DNA of 64,000 bases, taken from Macrostomum lignano (taxonomy: Eukaryota). How positions within the stretch are numbered: position 1 is the stretch's first letter; each line of letters opens with the position of its first letter. This document shows, one piece after another, positions 48,001 to 60,595 of this stretch. The DNA lies in contig NIVC01001153.1 in the NCBI GenBank assembly GCA_002269645.1, positions 1 to 64,000 of the forward strand, given 5' to 3'. The notes beneath the pieces were generated by a model. That model was not told where the DNA came from, ran no database searches, and saw only the letters and a program-made list of their open reading frames with translations. The position numbers and the translations under genes are program-made.

Positions 48001-50917
48001 TCTTGGATTTTTCAGTCATCCTTTAATAAAATATATTTTATAAGCTGAAATACTATATTAAACAAGATTAATAGTACACAACAACATCTCATTTTATAAC
48101 TATATTTTATTTTTCATTTTCAAAGTTGTTTACAGTGCTAATAAACCTAGCAAAAAGGACATGCAAACAGAATGATTATGCATTAATAGTGATATTTTAC
48201 CAAGTCCAAAACATTTAAATTTGTACATCTGGTTTGTTAAATTTATTTAGCAAAAGTGATTGATATGCATGTATATATTTTGTATTTTAAACATTTTCTA
48301 TTCTCAATAATCAACTTGGCTAATGTTAGGCCTATTGGCCATTGCCCATCAGTGGCATAGCCTATCAGTGGCTACTAGGGGGGCCGGGGGGGGGGGGGGG
48401 GGTTGGGTGCAGTGGTTACCAAAAACCATGAGGCAATTGAGTGCCTGTGGCACTAAAAATAAAATGAGATCTTGCGACGCTAAAATGAGTGCTTGCGGCA
48501 CAAAAATGAGGGCCTATAGTGCCAAAATAAGGGCATTCTTTTGTTTTACAATCCCCTTACATTTGTCTTATAGAACATAGCACTTTTATTATACAATCTT
48601 ATATGATCCATACCTAATAAATTTCTAACTTAAATGATCATATTACAAAATTTATGAAAAGCCCAAGTTTTGTTATTTGATCCCTTTGCATACATTTCCT
48701 CCATTTAAATGATCATATAACAAAAGTGAATTTAGAGACATCCCTGCTCTTGCCAAGAATCTTGTTGAAGCTTTGTTTGATTGCCTCATTTTGGTTGAAC
48801 TTCACTTCAAATAGATATCAGTTGAAACTGCCTTAATGCAGTGCCTTTGACTCATAGATAACATTTTGTCTGGTTTCTATTCTTTGACTACATCTTTTAC
48901 ATGGGGATCGTATAACAAAAGTGCCTAAGAATAGTGATTGTAAAACAAAAGAATGCCAATAAGTGTTTGCGGTGCCAAAATGAGTGCTTACAGTGCCAAA
49001 ATAAGTGCCTGTAGTGCCAAAATGAGTGCTTGTGACGCCAAAACAAAGCCTATGATGTCAAAATAAGTGCCTGGCACCAAAAAAATGCTTGTGGCACCAG
49101 AATGAGTGCTTGCAACACCAAAATAAGTGCCTGTGGTGCCAAAATGAGTGCTTGTGATGCCAAAACAAAGCCTATAATGCCAAAAAAGTGCCTGCACTGC
49201 CTGGCGCCAAAAAATGCTTGTGGCACCAGAATGAGTGCTTGCGACACCAAAATAAGTGCCTATGGTGCCAAAACCACACTCCAGATCATATTGTATATCC
49301 CCAAAAATTCTGGCATGTATTGGCCTTGCATGCCAAAAATAGGCATGCACAATTGGCGTGTATCACTCCTAAGAAAATAGTGTGTATGTATACCTGGCAT
49401 GCACTTCATAGAATCATGCTAAAAAGTTATTGTAAAGTAGGGCCTAGAAAAAAAAGATGAAAAAAGGTTCATTTTAAGCAAAAATTTCTAGCTTTCTGGG
49501 TTTTTTAAGCTTGTAATAAAGTATTTAAACAAAAATTTGCATGTACCAATTTTCCGCAGTGAATAGTATTGTCAAATAAACAGAAAAATGAACTAAATTA
49601 TGTGCCAAAATGGTTCATTATCCTATTCAAAAAAGGTTATTTATTGGCACAATATAAAAAAGGTCATTTATTATTGCAATACCATTGTAGTTTTAAGAAT
49701 AGACTACAGTCAATTTTTTGGCATGCATTTGTAAGTATTCAATTCTTATTTGGGCATGCACCCAGCATGATCCAAACTATGGTGCCAAAATTAGTGCCTG
49801 CGGCGCCAAAAGTGGCAATGGCATAAAACATGGCCAGCCAGGCCAACCCCCCTTCCCGCAATTGAAATTCCTCATTACGTCACTATTGCCTATCATTAAT
49901 AATATGGTGTGCAGTGATTTGGTCTATTGCCTTTTCGTCTGCTGGCAGACAAAATAGCTATCCTACAGAATTATTTGTTAAATTCACTGCATGCACATTT
50001 TTAGCTATTAACATGCATTTTTTCCAAAAATGAATATTCTCATTATGCCAACATTTTAGAAGTGTTTATAAATGTCTATATTTGTTAGCTCAAGGGCTGG
50101 ACAAACCTATTGAGGTAGCACAATCTATGTTGAGGCAGAAGGTTGTCCACCAGCTATTTTTAAGTGGAAAGCACTTTATTCGTAATATTTGCAGCTTAGC
50201 AGCACCCCTCTCCTTAAAGCCCCAGAGCTAATAACTAATTTTCGCCATAGACACATTTTTAGCCAGTGACATCAGCGTACAAATTTGAAATTGCATAATC
50301 AGTAATAGTCATTAAAATTTGAAAAAAAAACTAAAAAACCTGGAAATTACAATAATGGTTAAGTTGCAACCTCCACAAATGGAATTTTAATGACAAAACA
50401 CTTCTAAGATGTTGGCATAATGAAAATATTCATTTTTGGCAAGTTTCATGTCAATAGCTAAAAAATATGAGTATAGTGAGTTTATCAAATGATTCTGTAG
50501 GATAGCCCAAAAAGTATATAGGTGTTCAGTCAATATTAAATATATAGATAGCTAGAAATATTGCTAGGTATATTAGGCATTTAAAAAGATATTTTTATAG
50601 ATATGTAACAACCAAAAATAGGCATTTAAGACAAAGATTTAGTTAGGCATTTATTGTTTGCAGTTAAATTATTTATAGTATATGAGTAGACATGTAATGT
50701 AGTAGCAATAGCACTGGTATTTGTAAATGAAAATGGGTAGGAAACATGCAAAAAGGGTACCTAGCTTTGAGGAGTCTGGTAAAACAGATTCAATTGGTAT
50801 AAGACAGGTAATAACAGTATATTATATATAGCATTTTGTCTAACTTTTCATGTATTTGAATTCATTTACTTCTTCAATCTGTTGCTTTTTGTAGAGGATA
50901 TCAGGATTGTTATGTGT

Positions 50918-51066
50918 TTCATTCAAACAACATGTTTCGCCTAACATTAGGCATCTTCAGGTTGTTAGAAATTTAATAATGCTAATGTTGGAAATCTGAA
51001 ATATTAAATAAATTTCCAACAACCTGAAGATGCCTGATGTTGGGCGAAACATGTCATTTGAATGAA
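50918..51066. ncRNA. Inverted pair of minimal hammerhead-ribozyme-like motifs (Penelope-like-element type)
   Basis: + strand CTGAAGA-T-GCCTGA tg TTGGGC-GAAAC-ATGT-C (51024-51055). - strand CTGAAGA-T-GCCTAA tg TTAGGC-GAAAC-ATGT-T. ~58-bp arms, ~33-bp spacer. Confidence 0.6.
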
Positions 51067-51294
51067 AAAAATGCTTGCAATTTCCTAAGTTTATTGTATA
51101 AATATGCTTTTCTAGTTCCTGAAACTATTTTAAGCAAAATTTTACATGCTAAATATTCTAGCAATTTCTTGATATAGACAGCAAAATCTTTTTGATATAA
51201 ATGATATATCATCTTGACTATTACTTTACTTAATGAAACTATTACTTATAAATAAACAAATTATAATTTATGATTTAAAATCTCAATTTGCACA

Positions 51295-53715
51295 ATGGCT
51301 AGTAGACCAGAATCAAGTCTACCACCAGAATTGGTATGCTTTTGTAGAATAATGCCTTTATTTTCTAATTATTTTATATGTAATTTTAATATTTTTCCTT
51401 TGCTACTTTTTAGTACTATGATGACAAAGAAGCAAAGAAGTACACCCAAAAGTAAGTTTTTAATAAATATTTTATTAGTTTTGTTATTGTTAATTCATCA
51501 TTCCTAAAATGATAAAAAGGTGATAAAAAACTGAGAATTTTTCCCAGTCCACCAGTAGCTTTTCCAGTCCACAAGTAGCTTTCCCAGTCCACCAGTAGCT
51601 TCCCGAGTCCACCAGTAGCTTCTCTAGTCCATCATTAGCCTCTCCAGCCCACCAGTAGCCTCTCCAGTCCACCAGTTTCTTTTCCAGTCCACCAGTAGCT
51701 TTCCCAGTCCACCAGTAGCCTCTCGAGTCCATTAGTAGCTTCCCTGTCTATCAGTAGCTTCCCCAGTCGACCAGTAGCCTCTCCATTCCACCAGTACCTT
51801 TTCCAGTCCATGTTCTTTCCCAGTCCATCAGTAGCTCTCCCCTGTCCATCAGTAGCTTCCCGAGTTCACCAGTAGCTTCCCTAGTCCACCATTAGCCTTT
51901 TCAGCCCACCAGTAGCCTCTCCAGTCCACCAGTATCTTTTCCAGTCCACCAGTAGCTTTCCCAGTCCACCAGTAGCCTCTCCATTCCACCAGTACCTTTT
52001 CCAGTCCATGTTCTTTCCCAGTCCATCAGTAGCTCTCCCCTGTCCATCAGTAGCTTCCCGAGTTCACCAGTAGCTTCCCTAGTCCACCATTAGCCTCTTC
52101 AGCCCACCAGTAGCCTCTCCAGTCCACCAGTATCTTTTCCAGTCCACCAGTAGCTTTCCCAGTCCACCAGTAGCCTCTCCAGTCCACCAGTAGCTTTTCC
52201 AGTCCATGGTCTTTCCCAGTCCATCAGTAGCTCTCCCCTGTCCATCAGTAGCTTCCCGAGTTCACCAGTAGCGCTCCAGCTCTTTTCGTGCTTACAAAAG
52301 CCTAATTAGATACCAAAAAGTACTTACATATCTAGAATGACTCACTGCAGTTTCGCCAGCTGTTTACCCACAACAAAATCGCACTTTCACCTCGCAGCTC
52401 GCGCATCATTCAAATCCAATCGGAAATGTCAGAGCGAGCAATCGAGCTGCTCAGCCTACCGGAGGATCCGACAATTCGGTCCTCTCTACTCGTGCTAGAC
52501 GTTGGCTGTGGCTCCGGCATCAGCGGTGCCGCTCTGACCGAAGCCGGTTTAAACTGGTTCGGCGTTGACATCAGCTCTAGTATGCTGGAGATCGCGCTGG
52601 AGAACGAAGTTGAAGGCGGCTTAGCCAGGTGCGATATTGGCCACGGCCTGCCGTTTCGAGCTGGTTGCTTTGACGCCGTTGTCAGCGTGTCCGCTCTGCA
52701 GTGGCTGGCTTACTCGGATAGGTACGTATATAGCGACTCTGTAGTAGACAGCTGTAGGTAGATAATAGCGACTCTGTAGTAGACAGCTGTTGGTAGATAA
52801 AAGCGGCTGTGGTAGACAGCTGTTGGTAGATAAAAGCGGTTGTGGTAGACAGCTGTAAGTAGATAAAAGCGGCTGTGGTAGACAGCTGTAAGTAGATAAT
52901 AGCGGCTGTGGTAGACAGCTGTAAATAGACAAAAACGGCTGTGGTAGACAGCTGTAGGTAGATAATAGCGGCTCTGTAGTAGACAGCTGTGAGTAGATAA
53001 TAGCGACTCTGTAGTAGACAGCTGTAGGTAGATAATAGCGGCTCTGTAGTAGACAGCTGTAGGTAGATAATAGCGGCTCTGTAGTAGACAGCTGTAGGTA
53101 GATAATAGCGGCTGTGGTAGACAGCTGTAGGTAGATAATAGCGGCTGTGGTAGACAGCTGTAAGTAGATAAAAGCGGCTGTGGTAGACAGCTGTAAGTAG
53201 ATAAAAGCGGCTGTGGTAGACAGCTGTAAGTAGATAATAGCGGCTGTGGTAGACTAGAAGCAACATTAGACGCTCACAAAAATGCGGCATTCCGCAGATC
53301 CACAGCCAACCCCATTCGAAGACAGCGAGCCTTTTTCACCAGCCTGTATGCCTGCATGTCCGTAGGCGCCAGAGCTGTGCTGCAGTTCTACCCGGCAGAC
53401 GAATTGCAATTACAATTATTACTCAACTCTGCGATGTCCTGCGGATTTACTGGCGGATTAGTAACTGATTATCCCGAATCGGCCAAGGCTAGGAAGCATT
53501 TCCTAGTGCTAGACACTGCCGGTACTCGGCCTATGCCAGCGGCACAAGATGAGGCGGGCGGTAGGCATTCTACAAAACAGCAACAGCCGATGCGGAAAGG
53601 CTCCAAGGCTTGGATAATGCGCAAGAAAGAACAGTATCGGCGTAAAAACCCTGACTCTAAAGCGTTGCCGTCTGATTCTAAGTATACTGGGCGAAAGAGG
53701 AAGCCAAGGTTTTGA
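51295..53715 (+). CDS. BUD23: BUD23 mirror copy, exons 51295-51333, 51414-51451, 52398-52721, 53298-53715 (272 aa, intact)
   Basis: Same exon sizes (39/38/324/418 nt), the same motifs and canonical splice sites. Confidence 0.93.
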
Positions 53716-53764
53716 ACTCCCAGCGTTTTTAACGACAGGTACTTGTTAGTGCTGATGCGCTCTC

Positions 53765-55036
53765 AGCTCCTCTTGGCGCCAACCCTCTAAGCTTCTCTTG
53801 GCGCCAACCCTCTAAGCTTTTCTTGGCGCCAACCCTCTAAGCTCCTCTTGGCGCCAACCCTCTAAGCTTCTCTTGGCGCCATCCCTTTAAGCTCCTCTTG
53901 GCGCCAATTCTCTAAGCTCCTCTTGGCGCCAACCCTCTAAGCTTCTCTTGGCGCCAACCCTCTAAGCTTTTCTTGGCGCCAACCCTCTAAGCTCCTCTTG
54001 GCGCCAACCCTCTAAGCTTCTCTTGGCGCCGTCCCTTTAAGCTCCTCTTGGCGCCAATTCTCTAAGCTCCTCTTGGCGCCAACCCTCTAAGCTTCTCTTG
54101 GCGCCAACCCTTTAAGCTTCTTTTGGCGCCAACTCTTTAAGCTAGCGCCAACCCTCTAAGCTCCTCTTGGCGCCAACCCTCTAAGCTGGCGCCTACCCTC
54201 TAAGCTCCTTTTAGCGCCACCCTCTAAGCTCCTCTTGGCACCAACCCTTTAAGCTCCTCTTGGCGCCAACCCTCTAAGCTTCTCTTGGCGCCACCCTCTA
54301 AGCTCCTCTTGGCGCCAACCCTTTAAGCTTCTCTTGACGCCAACCCTTTAAGCTTCTTTTGGCGCCAACCCTCTAAGCTTCTTTTGGCGCCAACCCTCTA
54401 AGCTTCTCTTGGCGCCAACTCTTTAAGCTCCTCTTGGCGCCAACCCTCTAAGCTCCCCTTGGCGCCAACCCTTTAAGCTTCTTTTGGCGCCAACCCTCTA
54501 AGCTTCTCTTGGCGCCAACCCTTTAAGCTCCTCTTGGCGCCAACCCTCTAAACTTCTTTTGGCGCCAACCCTCTAAGCTTCTCTTGGCGCCAACTCTTTA
54601 AGCTCCTCTTGGCGCCAACCCTCTAAGCTCCTCTTGGCGCCAACCCTCTAAGCTTCTCTTGGCGCCAACCCTCTAAGCTCCTCTTGGCGCCAACCCTCTA
54701 AGCTCCTCTTGGCGCCAACCCTCTAAGCTTCTCTTGGCGCCAACTCTAAGCTAGCGCCAACCCTCTAAATTTTCTTAGCGCCAACCCTCTCAGCTCCTCT
54801 TGGCGCCAACCCTCTAATCTCCTCTTGGCACCAAACCTTTAAACTACTCTTGGCACCAACCCTTTAAGCTCCTCTTGCCGCCAGCCCTCTAACTTTTCTT
54901 AGTGCCAACCCTCTAAGCTCCTCTTGGCGCCAAACCTTTAAACTACTCTTGGCACCAACCCTTTAAGCTCCTCTTGCCGCCAGCCCTCTAACTTTTCTTA
55001 GTGCCAACCCTCTAAGCTCCTCTTGGCGCCAACCCT
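53765..55036. repeat. Mirror 25-bp minisatellite, ~50 copies, more degenerate
   Basis: Direct reading of the sequence. Confidence 0.95.
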
Positions 55037-56878
55037 CACCTCAATCCCGCCTTTCTAAACATCTCACGACGCTCAAAATCTCGATTAAGCTCTCCCTAAT
55101 GCTGCGTGATACTTTTTAGCTGGTAATCTGCATGCATACTACTACTTTAACTGCTACAAGAGTAGTTTGTTTTGAATCAGAACGGCTCAGCATTTTATAT
55201 TTGTCGGACCTGTGCTTAGACTACTACTGTGTTCGGTACTGCGTACTCAGTGAGACAGTCTTATTATTTTCAATCCAGTTCTGTATGCGATTGGTTTGTT
55301 AAAGTTGTTATTTAAATATACAAAATAAACTATAAACTCGTGCTTGTTGGTACGCTACGGACAGTAGTTTTTTTGATAATTGTTTTGCTCAGAAACTCGA
55401 ATTTAGTTGCGAGTTTATTTTACTGTTGCAAAAAGAAACACATTGGTGATTTCTTCATTGGTTGATCCCTGTGCGCGTAAGCGGATACTGAACACAGGTA
55501 CGGATGTCGTACACGCTCACACAAAGAGTTTGAGCAATTGCTCACTTTATTCATACGGCCTAAGACTCTCTCTCAGGGCAGTTTAGTTTACACTCTCCGA
55601 TCCTGTGCCTTGGGGGGGTCTTTGTCTTTGGCGAGAATCGCACGGAATGGAACTACGGGTACCCGTATTGGAAAATATCACAGATATTTGGATGGATGGG
55701 CCACTCAGCGCATTTGCGTCTAGCTACTTTCAGTTCAGTAGTAAGTTAAACAGAAGCTTTTTATGTACTTTAAAGCCAAGGCTCATTCATTTATTGGCTC
55801 TTAACCCCAGGCTTCAAACCCTCTAACCGCGCCTTTCCACACTACCCCCCCCCGGCCCAAGTTTATTGCCTTTCTCGGTATTCCAGCCTAAAGCTGCCAT
55901 GTTCATTTCAGTGGACTGGCTAATGTACATTATTGCTGAACCAATTAGAAAGTTGTTTATGCCTACAAGCTTGGGCTTCTAAACTTATCAAAGTCCCCCC
56001 TCCGCCCCAATTTTTATTGCCTTTCTCGGTATTCCAGCCTAAAGCTGCTATGTACATTTCAGTGGACTGGCTAATGTAAATTATTGCTGAACCAATTAGC
56101 AAGTTGTTTATGCCTGCAAGCTTGGGCTTCTAAACTTATCAAAGTCCCCCCTCCGCCCCAATTTTTATTGCCTTTCTCGGTATTCCTGCCTAAAGCTGCC
56201 ATGTTCATTTCAGTGGACTGGCTAATGTAAATTATTGCTGAACCAATTAGAAAGTTGTTTATGCCTGCAAGCTTGGGCTTTTAAACTTATCAAAGTCATC
56301 TCAGCTGCCTTTATTTTTATAAAATAGCTTATGTATTCTTATTTGCTACTGAACTGGAAGTAGAAAGCTGTTTTACTAAGTATATATGCCTGAGTGGCCC
56401 ATCTAGTTATTCTAGTATCTGTGGAAATATTAAGAAATTTCACCTGTAGCCAAACTAATTACAAGTAATTTCTGTCCAGACTGGCACCGTGGCCCCTTGT
56501 TCGCGCATGCATCATTCCACTCGACTTCCTATTGTTCTCATTTTTTGCAAATTGTCACGTACATGAAAATTCAGACTCGGAATTCTCCATCTCGATGCTA
56601 TACTAATAATAATCATTCATTTCGGCTTATTTCTTAAAGCCTTCCTTGAATTAGTCCCTGGCATGCAATTCATTACGCTTAGGGTGTTAATAGATGTTTA
56701 GCCTGAAGAACTCTATTAACCTCTAGCTGTTTTTGTAGGCAGTACGGGTAAAATTCATGTGAAACGAAGCTTATACCCAGCAGCTGTTTTATTGGCTTCC
56801 ACTGCATTTTTCGTCATTTCTTTAATCCTATGGAGTAATTAAATTATTAAGTATTCAATTACTCCACGCACTTGTGGT

Positions 56879-56942
56879 CAGTGGCGTAGCCAGGAATTTC
56901 AATTGGGGGGGGGGGCGCGGACCCCCCCTGGCTACGCCACTG
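56879..56942. mobile_element. 64-bp hAT-like micro-MITE
   Basis: 16-bp perfect TIR CAGTGGCGTAGCCAGG. 8-bp TSD CTTGTGGT (56871-56878, 56943-56950). Confidence 0.88.
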
Positions 56943-57039
56943 CTTGTGGTTAAATATGCACTTGCTGTACACTACTTTAGTAATACTCACTCGCCACTTT
57001 ACCACCCTCCCGGTCCCAAATTCCCAGTTTCTGAGCCGG

Positions 57040-58010
57040 CCTCCCAGATCCCCAATGGCTGAGCCAGCCTCCCAGATCCTCAGTTGCTGTGCCAGATCCT
57101 CAGCTGCTGGGCCAGCCTCCCAGATCCTCAGTTACTGTGCCAGATCCTCAGCTGCTGGGCCAGCCTCCCAGATCCTCAGTTGCTGTGCCAGATCCTCAGC
57201 TGCTGGGCCAGCCTCCCAGATCCTCAGTTGCTGTGCCAGATCCTCAGCTGCTGGGCCAGCCTCCCAGATCCTCAGTTACTGTGCCAGATCCTCAGCTGCT
57301 GGGCCAGCCTCCCAGATCCTCAGTTGCTGTGCCAGATCCTCAGCTGCTGGGCCAGCCTCCCAGATCCTCAGTTGCTGTGCCAGATCCTCAGCTGCTGGGC
57401 CAGCCTCCCAGATCCTCAGTTGCTGTGCTACCAGCCTCCCAGATCCTCAGTTGCTTGACCAGCCTCCCAGATCCTCAGTTGCTTGACCAGCCTCCCAGAT
57501 CCTCAGTTGCTGTGCCACCAGCCTCCCAGATCCTCAGTTGCTGTGCCACCAGCCTCCCAGATCCTCAGTTGCTTGACCAGCCTCCCAGAGCCTCAGTTGC
57601 TTGACCAGCCTCCCAGATCCTCAGTTGCTTGACCAGCCTCCCAGATCCTCAGTTGCTGGGCCACCAGCCTCCCAGATCCTCAGTTGCTGTGCCACCAGCC
57701 TCCCAGATCCTCAGTTGCTTGACCAGCCTCCCAGATCCTCAGTTGCTTGGCCAGCCTCCCAGATCCTCAGTTGCTTGACCAGCCTCACAGATCCTCAGTT
57801 GCTGGGCCACCAGCCTCCAAGATCCTCAGTTTCTGGGCCAGTCTCCCAGATCTCAATTGCTGGACCAGCCTCCCAAATCCTCAGTTGCTGGGCCACCAGC
57901 CTCCCAAATCCTCAGTTGCTGGGCCAGCAGCCTCCCAAATCCTCAGTTGCTGGGCCAGCAGCCTCCCAGATCCTCAATTGCTGGGCCAGCGTCTCAGATC
58001 CCCAGCTGCT
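57040..58010. repeat. CCAGCCTCCCAGATCCTCAGTTGCTG-family minisatellite (48-bp dimeric unit, then ~28-31-bp monomers)
   Basis: Direct reading of the sequence. Confidence 0.95.
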
Positions 58011-58494
58011 AAGTTTGATTAAAAGTTCTATAAACAAGCGCTATCTTTAATTAAAAGGAAAGAAATAAGCCTCCTGTTTCAGCACTAATGCATTATTTAC
58101 ACATTGAGGATTTTGCGCGCCTTTTCAGAAGATTTTCAATCTTTGATTAGCAATTGATGTCAGACACGCGGTCCTGCTGCGCCTTTAGAGATGACGGGAA
58201 GGGAAACCTGTTTGCATCTGGGCAAATTCCATCACAGAAAAGCGTCTGTGTCACTTGGAATAATTAAATGATTGTTGCGAACGTTGAGCACTTGGGATCC
58301 CGTTGCATTTAATATGCAAGAGGATAGCGTGCATGGGACTTTGAGAATTGGCTGTAATTATAGACTTCGATTAGATCTCAATCCTTCAGCGCGTGCATAC
58401 CTGCGAATCAGATGGGAATCCATTTGAGTTTTTTATTCCCCTGACTACAGAACTTTACTAAATTGGATGTCATACTTGTTAGAATAGTTGTCAG

Positions 58495-59106
58495 ATCACT
58501 AAAATAGGGTGTCAAATCACTGAAGTGGGTGTCAGATCTCTAAAGTGGTTGTCGGATCGCTAAAATGGGTGTCAGATCGCTAAAAAAGGGTGTCAGGTCG
58601 CTAAAAAGGGTGTCAGGTCGCTAAACTGTGGCTGTCAGATCGCTAAAATGGGTGTAAGATTCCTGGGTGTCAGGTCGCTAAACGGTGGGTGTCAGATCGC
58701 TAAACTGTGGGTTTCAGATCGCTAAACTGTGGGTGTCAGATCGCTAAACTGTGGGCGTCCGATCGCTAAAATGGGTGTCAGATTCCTGGGTATCAGGTCG
58801 CTAAACTGTGGGTGTCAGATCGCTAAACTGTGGGTGTTAGATCGCTAAACTGTGGGTGTCAGATCGCTAAACTGTGGGTGTCAGATCGCTAAACTGTGGG
58901 TATCAGGTCGCTAAACTGTCGGTGTCAGATTGCTAAAATGGGTGTCAGATTGCTAAAATGGGTGTCAGATCGCTAAAATGGGTGTCAGATCGCTAAAATG
59001 GGTGTCAGATCGCTAAAATGGGTGTCAGATTGCTAAAATGGGTGTCAGATCGCTAAAATGGGTGTCAGATCGCTAAAATGGGTGTCACATCGCTAAAATG
59101 GGTGTC
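58495..59106. repeat. 20-22-bp minisatellite GGGTGTCAGATCGCTAAA(ACTGT/AT)
   Basis: Direct reading of the sequence. Confidence 0.93.
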
Positions 59107-59842
59107 ATGATTCTAAGAAACCCAATTTCGATTGTCGTTCTTTACGAGTCTCTTCACGGTGAAAATTATTTCTTCAAAGAAATGCGGTACATTTGAACGG
59201 TATAAATGTTTTTCTTATGCCCCTTTTACAGAAACCGGGCCAGTTTTATCCGACCCGATTATTGCAATGCTTGACTATCTTGGAAAAAAGACGATTAGTT
59301 TGTTTTTACTGTCCAAAAATTCTCTTTAGCTACAAAGAAAGGTCCTACGTGGGTTCCATCTGCCCCCCACATCCAATCAAATCAGATTTAGCCCATAATC
59401 CTATCCTAAATCTCTGATCGCCCGTTCACCTGCTCAGTGCAAGCGCTGGAGTCGATAACAGACTGCAGTGTATATTATACCCTCACTGCTCAAGCCTCTG
59501 AGCAGTTGCTGTTGTTTTCTGCTCTGTCATCTTCAGCCCTAGCTGCATCTAATTGCAACGGGAGTCTAAGCCCAGGTAATTTATACCTGCAAGCAATTCT
59601 TTTTTATCATTCAAGTTAAGAGAACGAGCCGGTTTTATTTATTTTATAAAACGTACAAGTTCAACTTTGATCTAGGATTAGTTTCATACTCACGAGGTTG
59701 CTGTTTAACTCGACAATTGCGTGAGCTGTGTAAGTCCATTTGAATTTTGAGCTCCTCTGATGAAACTCCCACAAGCGGCTCTGATGTCATTCTTCTGTCG
59801 AAAGCTCGCTTTGCAGTTTGGAATGTGATTCGCCACTGTGAG

Positions 59843-60045
59843 AGCTTTGAGAATCTCAGCTTTGAGAATCTCTGCTTTGAGAATCTCTGCTTTGAGAATC
59901 TCAGCTTTGAGAATCCCAGCTTTGAGAATCTCTGCTTTGAGAATCTATGCTTTGAAAATCTCAGCTTTGATAATCTCAGCTATGAGGATCTCAGCTTTGA
60001 GAATCTCGGCTTGAAAATCTCAGCTTTGAGAATCTCTGCTTTGAA
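59843..60045. repeat. 15-bp minisatellite GAGAATCTC(A/T)GCTTT
   Basis: Direct reading of the sequence. Confidence 0.9.
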
Positions 60046-60595
60046 AATCGTAGTTACGAGCGTAATAATCGAATTTTATTTGCCCAGAATCTCATTTTCT
60101 AATCGCCTTTAATATTTTCTCTTTTAAGACTCACACCTTCTGATGCATATGTAGGGTTCATGAGAAATACTAGGGGAAAATCTTCCCATATGATCTCCAT
60201 TTCTTCTGAATTTCTTCCCCTAGCTATCGGATCACTCCTTGAAACAAGCGCCTCAAAAAAATTGAACCTGAAAATTGCAGCCATTAGAGTCGTCTCTTCA
60301 GTCTCGCCCCTCTATGCATAAAGACTTCTAGACTATACACGTGAAGGTTTTCAGTAGAGAGTCATCGTGCAGTCGAGCACTGTGCTCAAACGTGCACGTC
60401 TCTCGTGTCCCTTCTATTAAACTAGAAGTATTTTTACCTAGTAGGGAATTTCATAATTATGATCGCTTCCTGCGTGTACCTACTGACAATAGTAGCGTGC
60501 AACGATTTTCGCTCGAATTTTTTGAATGTTGCGGAAAAAATTCTGAAATGATTTGAGACGTTCTGACTATACTATACCTCTCCATTTCACCCCAA

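Larger units (their letters stand above)
28704..56706 (-). repeat. Right arm of giant inverted duplication
   Basis: Mirror ORF pairs, e.g. 15707/37874, 18315/35266 and 19434/34147 (all sum to 53581), 23956/29476, 2185/53715. Starts at the first base after the N gap. Confidence 0.97.
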
